Below, piece after piece: positions 34,673 to 45,401 of a stretch of 64,000 nucleotides of DNA. The notes under the pieces were generated by a model that worked only from the letters and a program-made list of their open reading frames with translations, was not told where the DNA came from and did not search any database. A program made the position numbers and the translations under genes. The first letter of the stretch is position 1; each line of letters starts with the position of its first letter. Source of the stretch: Methanothermococcus sp. Ax23 (GTDB lineage Archaea > AGJL01 > Methanococci > Methanococcales > Methanococcaceae); assembly GCF_049075655.1 (NCBI RefSeq), contig NZ_CP157522.1:64001-128000 (forward strand), written 5' to 3'.

Positions 34673-35692
34673 TTAAATAATGATGTCAATAATTTCTCCG
34701 CACTCTGGACATTTTGGAGTTCCTAATGATATATCTAAATTGTTTGTTATTATTGAAAATCCAGTTCTATCAATTAGCAGAGCTCCGCAGTTTGGGCAGT
34801 ATGTATTTTCTCCCCCATGACCTGGGATATTTCCAACATATACATATTTTAAACCTTCTTCCAGTGCCAATTCCCTTGCTTTCACAAGTGTTTCCACAGA
34901 AGTTGGTGGAACATCGGTTAATTTATAATCTGGATAAAATCTCGTAAAATGAAGTGGGGTTTCTTTACCTAATTTGTCCTTCACAAATTCTATTATATAT
35001 CTTATATCTTCCATGTTGTCGTTGTATGATGGTATTATTAAATTGGTTATTTCTACATGGATGCCCAATTTCTTTGCAACGATGCATGTTCTTAATACAG
35101 GTTCCAACTTTGCAGAGCATATTTCCTTATAGAATTTTTCATTGCCTTTTATATCTATATTCATGGCGTCTATTTTCAAATGTTTAAGGGGCTCCTCTTC
35201 TATATACCCATTTGTTACCATTACATTATATAATCCCTTTTCCCTTGCAATATTTGTTGTATCATGCATAATTTCATAAAAAATCGTTGGTTCTGTGTAG
35301 GTATATGCTATTCCATCGCATTTATATTTTAAAGTAGTTTCTACAATATCTTTGGGGTATATTTCATTATATGGGAGTTCATCCGGTGGAAACTGGCTTA
35401 TCTGCCAATTTTGACAGTGTTTGCATCTAAAATTGCAACCTCCTGTGGCAATTGAAAACACGGATGAACCTGGGTAAAAATGAAATAGTGGTTTTTTCTC
35501 TATGGGGTCAATTGCAGCAGAACAAATCTTTCCATAGTTCATAGCATACAATATCCCCCGTATATTTTCTCTCCCCCTACAAAATCCTCTTTTCCCCTCA
35601 GGTATTATACAGTGCCTTGGGCACAGGTTACATTTAATTTTATTATCTCCCATGGACTCATAAAACATTGCCTCATGAAGTTTTGATTGCAT
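34673..35692 (-). CDS. amrS: AmmeMemoRadiSam system radical SAM enzyme
   Basis: CNLCPRHC, DPIEKKPLFHF, GCNFRCKHCQNW, YTYTEP, YVYVGN. Confidence 0.88.
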   Translation of the reverse strand: MQSKLHEAMFYESMGDNKIKCNLCPRHCIIPEGKRGFCRGRENIRGILYAMNYGKICSAAIDPIEKKPLFHFYPGSSVFSIATGGCNFRCKHCQNWQISQFPPDELPYNEIYPKDIVETTLKYKCDGIAYTYTEPTIFYEIMHDTTNIAREKGLYNVMVTNGYIEEEPLKHLKIDAMNIDIKGNEKFYKEICSAKLEPVLRTCIVAKKLGIHVEITNLIIPSYNDNMEDIRYIIEFVKDKLGKETPLHFTRFYPDYKLTDVPPTSVETLVKARELALEEGLKYVYVGNIPGHGGENTYCPNCGALLIDRTGFSIITNNLDISLGTPKCPECGEIIDIII

Positions 35693-35696
35693 AATT

Positions 35697-36224
35697 TTAG
35701 CCCCCATTTTTTAAATAATCCGCTACATTAAATATTTCAGTGATTTCCATAAGAACCTTGTTGTTATATATTATATTATACGTTCTTTGAGGTAGTGCCT
35801 TTTTATCTGTTTTAAGGTATGATTTGACCGTATCATCTATTTCTTTATAGTCGATATTCCTAATCTCCCTTCGCGTTTCCAAATTATGGATTTTTAATAT
35901 CTTTCCGATAGGTATGTCCGCAGATAATAAGTCTTTTTTTATATTTTTTCTTACATTGTCATCATTGATATTTTTGAGGGGAATTTTTGAAGTTGCATAC
36001 ACCACAGGAATTTCCTTAATTTTAAGTATAACGCTTCTATAATTTACATTGTTTATTATCTCTTGATATATGGTTTTTACAACAACCTCATCATTGAATA
36101 ATATCTCTAAAATGTTTGTGATGCTTCCATCAGTTCCAAGAAGTATTTTTTCTTCATTTCTAAGGGGATATTTTTTTGAAAGTTCATTTATCACTTTATA
36201 TGGCTTTATTATCATGTCTGCCAT
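35697..36224 (-). CDS. Chorismate pyruvate-lyase-like protein (DUF98)
   Basis: ILLGTDGSIT.ILE, PIGKIL..HNLETRREI, ITEIF. Confidence 0.8.
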   Translation of the reverse strand: MADMIIKPYKVINELSKKYPLRNEEKILLGTDGSITNILEILFNDEVVVKTIYQEIINNVNYRSVILKIKEIPVVYATSKIPLKNINDDNVRKNIKKDLLSADIPIGKILKIHNLETRREIRNIDYKEIDDTVKSYLKTDKKALPQRTYNIIYNNKVLMEITEIFNVADYLKNGG

Positions 36225-36279
36225 TATTAACACTCTTATTAGTTATTTTAGGATTATGAAATTACTGATTTACTGCACA

Positions 36280-36933
36280 TTACTGGCTGGTGGTTTCTTC
36301 TGTTTTTTCTGCATCTTCTGTTTTACTTTCTTTTTCTTCTTTTTCCTTTCTTTTCTCTTTATTGGGCTCCTTTAATTTTCGATACAATTCCCTGGATTTT
36401 TCTTTTAATTTATTTATTTGAGAATATACTTCCATTAACTTTTGATGACTTTCTGCACTTATTTTCGCATGTTCAAGAACCTTCTCATGTTCTTCTGCTG
36501 ATTTTTTAACGAATTCTGAAATTTCCTCTGAAATCTCGGCTATTTTTTTGTTTAGTTGGTCAATAATATTGCTTTTTTCAAGAAGCTTTTTATAGGATTC
36601 AATCTCAGCTACGAGCTCCCTCTCTTTCTCCAAAGATGGACATTTAGTTTCAATTATTGTTTCCAGTTGCTGTATTTTTTGGTTTATTGAATCTTTATTT
36701 ACTTTCAATTCCTTAAATTCGGTTAATAATTCTCCCCTTTCTTTTTTTAGATTTCTTATAAGTTCTATTTTTTCTTTAACTATTTTATTAATGCTTTCTC
36801 TTTTTTCTTTATGTGATTTTACCGCTTCATTTGCATTATTTCTTTTTTCCTTTATTTCTTCTGCCTTTTCATAGAGCTCTTTTATTTTAGTATTTAGATT
36901 TTCTATTTCTTTTTTTATGTTGGTAGTTTCCAT
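36280..36933 (-). CDS. Archaeal coiled-coil protein
   Basis: E/K-rich heptads, ET..PSLEKERELV, SAESHQKL. Confidence 0.75.
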   Translation of the reverse strand: METTNIKKEIENLNTKIKELYEKAEEIKEKRNNANEAVKSHKEKRESINKIVKEKIELIRNLKKERGELLTEFKELKVNKDSINQKIQQLETIIETKCPSLEKERELVAEIESYKKLLEKSNIIDQLNKKIAEISEEISEFVKKSAEEHEKVLEHAKISAESHQKLMEVYSQINKLKEKSRELYRKLKEPNKEKRKEKEEKESKTEDAEKTEETTSQ

Positions 36934-37028
36934 TTTCACACCCTAAATTTGTGAATACGATATACTATATTCACATTAATATATAAATATTTTTAGATTT
37001 GAACCTAAGGTTAAAATATATCTTTATT

Positions 37029-37661
37029 TTATACATATTTTAGAATCTCCCTCAAATCCTTTTTTTCTACGCAAATATCTGCATTTTTCTTTAATATGTC
37101 CTTTGCACAAAATGCTATTTTAAAACCCGCTTTTTTAAACATGCTTATGTCATTTGCACCATCCCCAACAACTACGGTGTCTTTTAAATCGATGCCTTCT
37201 TTTTTTGCTATTTCTTCTAAGAGCTCCCCCTTTGCATGTGAGCTCATTATTGGACCTATCACTTCCCCAGTTAATTTTCCATCTTTTGTTATAAGTTCAT
37301 TTGAATAGGCATAGTCAAGACCAAGGATATCCTTTATTCGGTCTGTTGCCACGGTGAAACCCCCGCTTACAACTCCTGTTATATACCCTCTTTTTTTAAG
37401 TTCCTTAATTGTTTCTTCCGCTCCTTTTGTCAATTTTAAATTTGAAACTAAATCCATTATTTTTTCCATAGGAAGACCTTTTAAAAGTGATACTCTTTTT
37501 CTCAGAGATTCCTCAAAATTCAATTTTCCATTCATAGCATCCCTTGTTATTTTTTCTACTTCATCTCCAACACCTGCCAGCTTCGCTATTTCGTCGATTG
37601 TTTCACAGTCGATTAATGTGCTGTCCAAATCAAATAAAATAAGCTTCTTTTTATTATTCAT
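37029..37661 (-). CDS. serB: Phosphoserine phosphatase
   Basis: FDLDSTLI, VSGGF, GDGAND. Confidence 0.95.
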   Translation of the reverse strand: MNNKKKLILFDLDSTLIDCETIDEIAKLAGVGDEVEKITRDAMNGKLNFEESLRKRVSLLKGLPMEKIMDLVSNLKLTKGAEETIKELKKRGYITGVVSGGFTVATDRIKDILGLDYAYSNELITKDGKLTGEVIGPIMSSHAKGELLEEIAKKEGIDLKDTVVVGDGANDISMFKKAGFKIAFCAKDILKKNADICVEKKDLREILKYV

Positions 37662-37721
37662 TTAATCACCGTATAATTATTATATTTATTAATATGGTTT
37701 AATTATACCAATCTATTTGGT

Positions 37722-38498
37722 TTAAATCTTAAAGATATTGTAAATTAGTTGTTTATATACCTCAATTATAGCCTGTATTATGTTTAAATTATTATATTTT
37801 GCATACTCATATATAAGCCAGTCCAATGGCTCCAAAGATGCCGCAATTCCAATGAATATAAATATCATTACAATTTTCAATATATCAACCAAGTTTATAA
37901 ATTGTTTTTTATTTTTTCCTTTTTTCTCATTTTTATGTTCTCCACTTATTATTGGTAGGATTTTATCTGCTATTGTGATGCCCATTACTGCTGAAAGTGC
38001 AAATCCTGCAAATTCAAAAATACCGTGGGGTAGTATTATCAGTATGTCCTTAATATTAATTCCATAACCTACAATGCCAGTTAATGGATTTATCACAACT
38101 ATGGTATAAAATAAAATCATGGCATTTAAATAATCTTCAAAGGAGCTCCTATTATTTGCTATGTCTTTTTTATATAAGTATGCCACAAGGGAGAACGCCA
38201 ATAATATTACCGTGCATGCCATAGAATTGTTTATAAAATATGACAAGGATATTGATAAATAATTATATCCCATATAAGATGAAACTGCACCTGATATAAC
38301 TTCAAATTTTTGAGAAGCAATATCTCCTGCGGCACTTACTGCATTTCCAACAAAAAGGAAATATAATATTTTAGAAAAAAGAATCATGGAAAAAAATCCG
38401 CACCAGCACCCGACATATGTTATAAAAAATTTCTTCAAAAAACTTAATTTTAAAAAATATTTAAATGTATTTTGTAAAAACTTAATTGCATTTTGCAT
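37722..38498 (-). CDS. SpoIIM-like membrane protein
   Basis: FINN, ILPHGIFE, IAASLE; multiple TM helices. Confidence 0.75.
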   Translation of the reverse strand: MQNAIKFLQNTFKYFLKLSFLKKFFITYVGCWCGFFSMILFSKILYFLFVGNAVSAAGDIASQKFEVISGAVSSYMGYNYLSISLSYFINNSMACTVILLAFSLVAYLYKKDIANNRSSFEDYLNAMILFYTIVVINPLTGIVGYGINIKDILIILPHGIFEFAGFALSAVMGITIADKILPIISGEHKNEKKGKNKKQFINLVDILKIVMIFIFIGIAASLEPLDWLIYEYAKYNNLNIIQAIIEVYKQLIYNIFKI

Positions 38499-38499
38499 G

Positions 38500-40221
38500 T
38501 TAGCTCCCTTTAAAGAATTTATCATATTTTTCAATATCGTCCTTTTTAGGTTCCATATTTCCATAATATACCTTTTCGAAGATTTTTGTTATAGTTTTCA
38601 AACCTTTTATATTACTATACCTTCTACATATTTCTCTCGGAGTTAGGGATTTTTGAATATTTAACCTATGTATAAAAGAGGAATATGTTCTAATTATTCC
38701 TTCAACATATTTTTTATTAGATATATATTTTTCAAATTCCAAATAGATGCCTTTTATCTTCAATGCCTCAATTGCATCGTGGATAATTCCTTCATCCTCC
38801 TCAGCAGCCATGTCCTTCATGTCCCTACGTCTCTGTATTCTATATATTATTAAAACCAGCAATAAGACAACCGCCATAAAACTTAGAATATAACCATTAT
38901 TATTGCTATTGAATATGAGCATAATATTCTTATCTTTAATTAACTTCTTTGAGGATGGCTTATATTTAGAATCCCCTTTAAAAAATATATGACACTCATC
39001 ATGGGCATTATTTGACATATTAAATTCAAAACTACCATTTCTCGTCTTTGAAATATATGTTTTGTTATCCATTTCTAAATAAATATCTTTATTGTTTAAT
39101 AAATTATTGTCTTTATCAAATAACTTCCCAATTATTTTATTACCCTCATAATTTGCAGTTATATATGTTGGAATCCTTACAAAACTTATAGTAGCTGTTT
39201 TTTTGGATTTATTGTATATACTATTCCCTTTATATTCAATATTTACGGTAATATTTTTTTCCACGTTTGATTTGATATTTAGATTTAAAGGAGCTCTCAT
39301 GTTTTTATGGGTGTCTAGATAGTCAATATATACATTATCTTTTAGTTTATTTCCGTAATAATCGCATAACTCTATTTTTAAGTTTGCATCGTTGCCAACA
39401 TATTTTTTATTTTCATAAATTACATTGATATGCGTTGGAATCTTTAAACAAGATATTTTTAGCATGTTTGAAGTTCCTGATGGTGATGTTGCATAAAATA
39501 CATGATTTCCAAGTTTATCTATCAAAAATGTTTTTGAGAAACTATTATTTTCCAATTTAATATTATAGGATATGTTATTATGATAAAGAGTTATTGAATC
39601 TATCGGAGCTCCCCTATTTTTAATATATCCATATATTGTTATTTCAGAATTTATAAAAACAGTACTACTGTCCGAATATATAACAAATCCTTCTGGTGCA
39701 ATTTTGTTTAGCTTATTGGAGTATAATTCAGTATCTTTTAATAGTATGTTGATATCACTTCTAACCTTTGAAGTATCAAATTTTAAGATATTTCCGTCCC
39801 TGTCTTTTAAGGTTATTTTATCTATCTTATTTAATGAATCATTTAAAACTATTAAACTACTATGAACATTTTTTAAAGATGTTTTAAAAATTATATAATT
39901 GCTGGAATTTTCAACATCACTATATTCTACCATATCATTGTAATTTACCATAATATTATTGATAGAATTGTAAAATTGCTCAAAAACAGGTGCGATGTTT
40001 AAAAGTTTATGACTCACATTGTGCTTTTTTAAATCTTCTGAAACATTGAAAACATTGGCAGATAGGAGCTCTGCTTTATTATTGTCCATTAATGTATTTA
40101 AATTATCATGACCATTGTCGATAAGGTTTTGAAAATAATTATACATTATTTCATCCCCAACCCCGTCACCATATGCCACCGGACATAAAAACAGAATAAT
40201 TAAAAGTATGTAACTTTTCAT
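38500..40221 (-). CDS. Secreted/membrane protein with Ig-like repeats and a C-terminal DUF4129-like domain
   Basis: Signal peptide, Y.GN..Y/F.GD..Y.PS repeats, TM helix, SLTPRE...FEKVYYG. Confidence 0.7.
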   Translation of the reverse strand: MKSYILLIILFLCPVAYGDGVGDEIMYNYFQNLIDNGHDNLNTLMDNNKAELLSANVFNVSEDLKKHNVSHKLLNIAPVFEQFYNSINNIMVNYNDMVEYSDVENSSNYIIFKTSLKNVHSSLIVLNDSLNKIDKITLKDRDGNILKFDTSKVRSDINILLKDTELYSNKLNKIAPEGFVIYSDSSTVFINSEITIYGYIKNRGAPIDSITLYHNNISYNIKLENNSFSKTFLIDKLGNHVFYATSPSGTSNMLKISCLKIPTHINVIYENKKYVGNDANLKIELCDYYGNKLKDNVYIDYLDTHKNMRAPLNLNIKSNVEKNITVNIEYKGNSIYNKSKKTATISFVRIPTYITANYEGNKIIGKLFDKDNNLLNNKDIYLEMDNKTYISKTRNGSFEFNMSNNAHDECHIFFKGDSKYKPSSKKLIKDKNIMLIFNSNNNGYILSFMAVVLLLVLIIYRIQRRRDMKDMAAEEDEGIIHDAIEALKIKGIYLEFEKYISNKKYVEGIIRTYSSFIHRLNIQKSLTPREICRRYSNIKGLKTITKIFEKVYYGNMEPKKDDIEKYDKFFKGS

Positions 40222-40362
40222 TGCAACACCTGATATAAAGGGATATTCGTCATACTATGATATTTAAATAGTGATAAAGTTAATATATAATAAAATTATA
40301 TAAATACATTGTGTATATGCAATAGAATTTAACATATCAAATAAAAATGTGGGAGGATAATT

Positions 40363-43300
40363 ATGAAGGCCTATTCCATACTGCTATCTTTGATAATGAT
40401 TCTAGGGGCATTACCCCTAGGTTTTGCCTCAGAAACTACTGAAAATGTAGCAGTTGTAGTATCTACCCCAGCAGATGCCATTGTTGCAGCACCATACGCC
40501 AAAGCAATGGGATACAAGCTGGTATATACGCCAACAGATGAATTATCAGATGATGCAAAAAGAGAGCTCGAAAGAAATAATATTAACAAGGTAATAATTG
40601 TCGGTGGTCCAGTTGCAGTTAGCAACAGTGTGGAAAACCAGATAAATAAATTACATATAAATATTAAAAGAGTTTGGGGGGAGACTAGAATAGAAACTTC
40701 CCAAAAAATGTATGAATTGATTAAAGAAGAAAAGCCAGAGATGGTAAACAATATTGTAGTTGCAGAGGGGTTTAATGAAAAAATAATCCCTGTGGCAGTG
40801 AGCTTCGGAGCTCCTGTGGTGTACTATGGATTAGATAAAGATGATGAAGTAGCAAATTTATTAAAAACTGCAAAACCAGAAAATGCAGTAATTCTTGGTA
40901 GCAAAATTCCAAAAATAATAACAAACACTGTATCAGGATATGCAAAAAACACAATAATTGCATCAGGTAGTGACGATTCAGTTATAAAAACCGCATTAGC
41001 ATATGTTCCAAGAATAAATCCAAATGCTGAAAACAAAGATGTTGCAGTAGTTTATGCGGAAAAAACCAACAATCCAATATTGGATGCAGTAGTAAGCTTT
41101 GTTAATGGTTATGTTGGTGCAATAGCTCCAATTCCAGTATCAAAAGAAGATATGGTAAATAAAATAATTTCAAAACTTACATTTGCATCAGGGGTTTCAG
41201 TTTCAAGTGATAGCACATCAATGTCAAATATAATATCAAATATCGCAAGTAAAGCTGGGTTATCCTCTACTTCAATGATAAGCAGGCCATCAGGAGGAGG
41301 CGGAGGAACAACAACGACTCCAACAACACCAGTAGATAATAAACCAGTGATAAATAACTTTACAGTTTCAATTGATGGATTGGATACAACATTTACTATA
41401 AATGTAAGTGATGATAATGGATTAAAAAAGATTGTATTAAAATATGGTGATGGAACAGAGAAAGAAGAAACTATTTCAGGAACATCATATAATGAAACCA
41501 TTAAAACAAATTACCACATGCAAGGAAAATATACTGCAACATTGGTTGTATATGATGACAATGGACAGCAATCTACCAAATCCATAGTGGTAAATTTGAA
41601 ATACTTTGATGTAAATCCTGAATATATTTCAAAAATTAGAGGAAATGTGGATGAATACATTCCAATAATAATTACAAACTATCAAGATAATAACATAACA
41701 ATAACCACTACAAATACTACTACAAATGCAAATCTTACAGTTTCAACAAATGGAAGTCTAACAATCTATGCAAATTCACAAAATACGACCACTTGCATAA
41801 TTAAAAATACATCGGCATTAGCATCTGGAAAATCATACCAAGCAAAAATTACCTTTGCTTTAAATAGTCATCCAGAAATAAACAAGACCTTTGTATTTGA
41901 CATTGCAGTTCCAAAACAAGAAACCATAACCACTACGGGAAACAGTAGTGTTTCATTGCAAATTGTAAATACAACTGATGCAGGAACTACAAGTATCACA
42001 ATTGATGACAATGCTACAAACAATGCATTTATTGTAAATACAGCCGTAGGAAGTAAATCAATAGACATTATAATACCAACAAAAAATACCTCAGATACAT
42101 CTACAATAGAAAATACAACAATTCACTTAGAAAACATTAAAGATGCATTAGATAGAGCAGAAGAAATTCAAAATACTTCAACATTAACGGAAGAGCTCAT
42201 AAAACCAGTAGTAATTGCAAGTAAGGATGTGGAAAATGTATCAGTCTATGTTAAAAACATTACCATTGATGATGATACAAATGAAACAACAATAAACACA
42301 GAAATTAAATTCGAAAACACAACAGACACCTATGTTGTAATTGCCATACCTGTTGGTAATACCTCAGTAAGCGAAGTTTATAAAGAAGGATTGGGAACTA
42401 TTCCAGAATATGATAGCAATGCAGACCAGACCAACTACTTCAAATACGATGCAACAAATGGTATTTTAACATTATTCATGAAGGAAGACCCATTCGTGCA
42501 AATTAAATTAAAAGTAAATGCAGTAAATAACAGACCAGTTATATCAATGGATAACCCAGTTATAAACGGATTAAGTGTAGCAATAAATGCATCAAAATCA
42601 TACGACCCAGAAAATAAAACTTTAACATACAAATGGTTAGCACCAGGCAGTCAAAGCATTTACCCCGACAACAGTTGCGAATCAGTAGTTATTACATATC
42701 CAGCAGATGGAACTTACAACATCACATTAACTATATCAGATGGAGTATATGAAGTTTCAAAAGTAATAACAGTTAAACCAAAATTGGCAGTAAAAGTTGT
42801 AGCAAATGGAAAAACTGTTGGATTTGTAGGGCAGAATGATAGCACATTATCAATTACAGGAACAGAAACATTAAACCTACCAAACATAACAGCAAATGTA
42901 AATGTTGTAGATAAAAAAGATACTTCAAAAGGTGTAGAAATATACTTTAAAGATAATGAAAGTGTAGAATCAGTAATAGAAGCAATGAACAATTTCAATA
43001 CAGTATCCTATAATGGAGACACCATTACAATAAATTACAGCAATATTTACATGACTGGAAATAATGTTTCACTTTCAATAATAAGCAGTAGGAGCTCATT
43101 TAGAGATGCAGTTAATAAACTACTTAACGGAAATGCAACAGATTTAATAAATCTCTTGCATGAAAACTATGAAGGCACTGCAACAGTATTAAACGGTGTA
43201 GCAACCTTTAACATCACTGCAAATGACTCCAACGCAGATTACATTGTAGTAATTACAAACGGAAACATGATTACACCAGATAGCAACAATGTAAATGTCC

Positions 43301-43755
43301 TTGCAATAGGCGGATTTGAAGTAATGAAATACAACATGACATTGACTTACAATGGAACAGACATGTTTAATACTACAACATACATCATATCATTAAACGA
43401 CACGCCAACAAATAATACTGTAAGATATGGATTGGCAATGATCAATAAAAATGTAGGAATAACACTAAATGTAGTGGGAACAAATCCAAATAATAATTTA
43501 TTCAATGTCACAGTAGTTGGGAATAGTGGAAGCGAAATTGTTGTAGAAAACAATGATTTCATAACATTAAGTGCATCAAAAATAAATGACATAATAGGAA
43601 CGATATATACGCCAGATACTGCATCAGCAACATACAGTCCAGTTACAACCAACAGCACAGTTTCATTAGACCTCAATAATGTATCTGATAGCTATGTGAT
43701 AGGAATAGCCTACGATACAGTAGATAAAAAGATTGTTGCAGTAGAACAGCAATAA
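40363..43755 (+). CDS. Large cell-surface protein (cell-wall-binding-2-like N-terminus, Gly/Thr linker, PKD-like domains)
   Basis: Signal peptide; IVGGPVAVS..RVWGETRIETS; SGGGGGTTTTP; YGDG..GKYTATLVVYD; many N-x-S/T sites. Confidence 0.75.
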   Translation: MKAYSILLSLIMILGALPLGFASETTENVAVVVSTPADAIVAAPYAKAMGYKLVYTPTDELSDDAKRELERNNINKVIIVGGPVAVSNSVENQINKLHINIKRVWGETRIETSQKMYELIKEEKPEMVNNIVVAEGFNEKIIPVAVSFGAPVVYYGLDKDDEVANLLKTAKPENAVILGSKIPKIITNTVSGYAKNTIIASGSDDSVIKTALAYVPRINPNAENKDVAVVYAEKTNNPILDAVVSFVNGYVGAIAPIPVSKEDMVNKIISKLTFASGVSVSSDSTSMSNIISNIASKAGLSSTSMISRPSGGGGGTTTTPTTPVDNKPVINNFTVSIDGLDTTFTINVSDDNGLKKIVLKYGDGTEKEETISGTSYNETIKTNYHMQGKYTATLVVYDDNGQQSTKSIVVNLKYFDVNPEYISKIRGNVDEYIPIIITNYQDNNITITTTNTTTNANLTVSTNGSLTIYANSQNTTTCIIKNTSALASGKSYQAKITFALNSHPEINKTFVFDIAVPKQETITTTGNSSVSLQIVNTTDAGTTSITIDDNATNNAFIVNTAVGSKSIDIIIPTKNTSDTSTIENTTIHLENIKDALDRAEEIQNTSTLTEELIKPVVIASKDVENVSVYVKNITIDDDTNETTINTEIKFENTTDTYVVIAIPVGNTSVSEVYKEGLGTIPEYDSNADQTNYFKYDATNGILTLFMKEDPFVQIKLKVNAVNNRPVISMDNPVINGLSVAINASKSYDPENKTLTYKWLAPGSQSIYPDNSCESVVITYPADGTYNITLTISDGVYEVSKVITVKPKLAVKVVANGKTVGFVGQNDSTLSITGTETLNLPNITANVNVVDKKDTSKGVEIYFKDNESVESVIEAMNNFNTVSYNGDTITINYSNIYMTGNNVSLSIISSRSSFRDAVNKLLNGNATDLINLLHENYEGTATVLNGVATFNITANDSNADYIVVITNGNMITPDSNNVNVLAIGGFEVMKYNMTLTYNGTDMFNTTTYIISLNDTPTNNTVRYGLAMINKNVGITLNVVGTNPNNNLFNVTVVGNSGSEIVVENNDFITLSASKINDIIGTIYTPDTASATYSPVTTNSTVSLDLNNVSDSYVIGIAYDTVDKKIVAVEQQ

Positions 43756-43887
43756 AATATACATCTATTTTTCTTTTTTATATTATTTTAAAAGGATATT
43801 TTCTAAAAAAATTTAAAAATAAAAAATTATAAATATACCAAATTTTTATGGTATAATAAATTCACACTTAATTAAGGGGTGGTTTAT

Positions 43888-44904
43888 ATTAAAAAAACAT
43901 TATTTATGATTATTATTTTCGGATTTTTAATTTCTCCAATTTACGCAGTTTCAGATGTTCAAATATATCCTTCAAATCCAAATATAATGGACACTCTAAC
44001 ATTAACAGGAAAAGCCAGTCCAAACGAAGATATAAACTGTCAGGCATGGTTTGAAGTAAATCCAATAATATCTCCACCGTACTATGGATATCTTATGAAT
44101 AGTGTTGAAATACCCTCATCCCCAAATAATTTTAAAGTTGTTGCTGAAAATGTAAATAAAGTATATGTAAGCGTAAAAATGGGCATATGGGTCACAAAAA
44201 GTGCAAATGCAGATAGCAATGGCGTGGCAACAGTTTCTCAGTCAAATGTTCCTGTGGGAACCTATGACATAAAAATAGGAGGGACAATAAAAGATTCATC
44301 AAAACCTGTGAAATTAAAAATCATTGCATCTACAACCATAAAGGCAGATGAGAATGGGAATTTTGAATATTCCTACAAAGTTATAGATGGCATTCCTAAA
44401 ACTACAATTTTACATTTAAAGATTGAAAACATCACCAAAAATATATCTATCGCAGGTCGTAAATTACATATTTACAAAGGATGGAATGCCATATCGGTTC
44501 CATATAATTCAAATATATCCTATAACAATAACTCCAATATAAAATTAATAATAACTTATTCCAATCAAAAATGGACTTTAAATAGAAATAACAATTTAAA
44601 TGCACTTTATGGATACTTTATATATGCTGAAAACGATACTGAAATGGATGTATATTATGATACCAATAAATCCAACTGTTCAAGAATTATCAATAAAGGA
44701 TACAATTTGATAGGAATTGCCCCAAATGACTATGATTGGAATTTTAGAAATGGAAATATTTTAGCTTATGAATTATTTAAAAATTCTAGTTCGTATTATA
44801 GGATAATATCTACTGAGGGTGAGCTCTACTCAAACAATTCCTACTTGGAACCTTTTAAAGCATATTGGTTATTTACCAGTGAAAATGCCACTATATCGAG
44901 GTGA
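43888..44904 (+). CDS. Secreted protein, paralog A (probable ATT start)
   Basis: GGGGTGG RBS, KKTLF signal peptide; N-terminal domain near-identical to the next gene; YKGWNAISVP..GYFI and GYNLIG motifs. Confidence 0.75.
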   Translation: MKKTLFMIIIFGFLISPIYAVSDVQIYPSNPNIMDTLTLTGKASPNEDINCQAWFEVNPIISPPYYGYLMNSVEIPSSPNNFKVVAENVNKVYVSVKMGIWVTKSANADSNGVATVSQSNVPVGTYDIKIGGTIKDSSKPVKLKIIASTTIKADENGNFEYSYKVIDGIPKTTILHLKIENITKNISIAGRKLHIYKGWNAISVPYNSNISYNNNSNIKLIITYSNQKWTLNRNNNLNALYGYFIYAENDTEMDVYYDTNKSNCSRIINKGYNLIGIAPNDYDWNFRNGNILAYELFKNSSSYYRIISTEGELYSNNSYLEPFKAYWLFTSENATISR

Positions 44905-45401
44905 TGATTATTATTAAAAAAATACTATTTTTAATTATTTTAGGATTATTTATTTCATCAGCATATGCAGTTTCAGATATTCAAATATCTCCTTCAAACC
45001 CAAAAGTGGGAGACACTCTAACATTAACAGGAAAAGCCAATCCAAACGAAGATATAAACTGTCAGGCATGGTTTGAAGTAAATCCAATAATATCTCCACC
45101 ATACTATGGATATCTTATGAATAGTGTTGAAATACCCTCATCCCCAAATAATTTTAAAGTTGTTGCTGAAAATGTAAATAAAGTATATGTAAGCGTAAAA
45201 ATGGGCATATGGGTCACAAAAAGTGCAAATGCAGACAGTAATGGCATAGCAATAGTTTCTCAGTCAAATGTTCCTGTGGGAACCTATGACATAAAAATAG
45301 GGGGGACAATAAAAGATTCATCAAAACCTGTGAAATTAAAAATCATTGCATCTACAACTATAAAGGCAGATGAGAATGGATATTTTGAATATTCCTACAA
45401 A
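43945..45401 (+). repeat. ~435 bp near-identical direct repeat (43945-44379 and 44967-45401)
   Basis: Long identical DNA stretches at offset 1022. Confidence 0.9.

Noticed and set aside
36998-37016. AACCTAAGGTT palindrome, with similar ones at ~12037 and ~46558
   Set aside because: Different spacings and no consistent position relative to promoters
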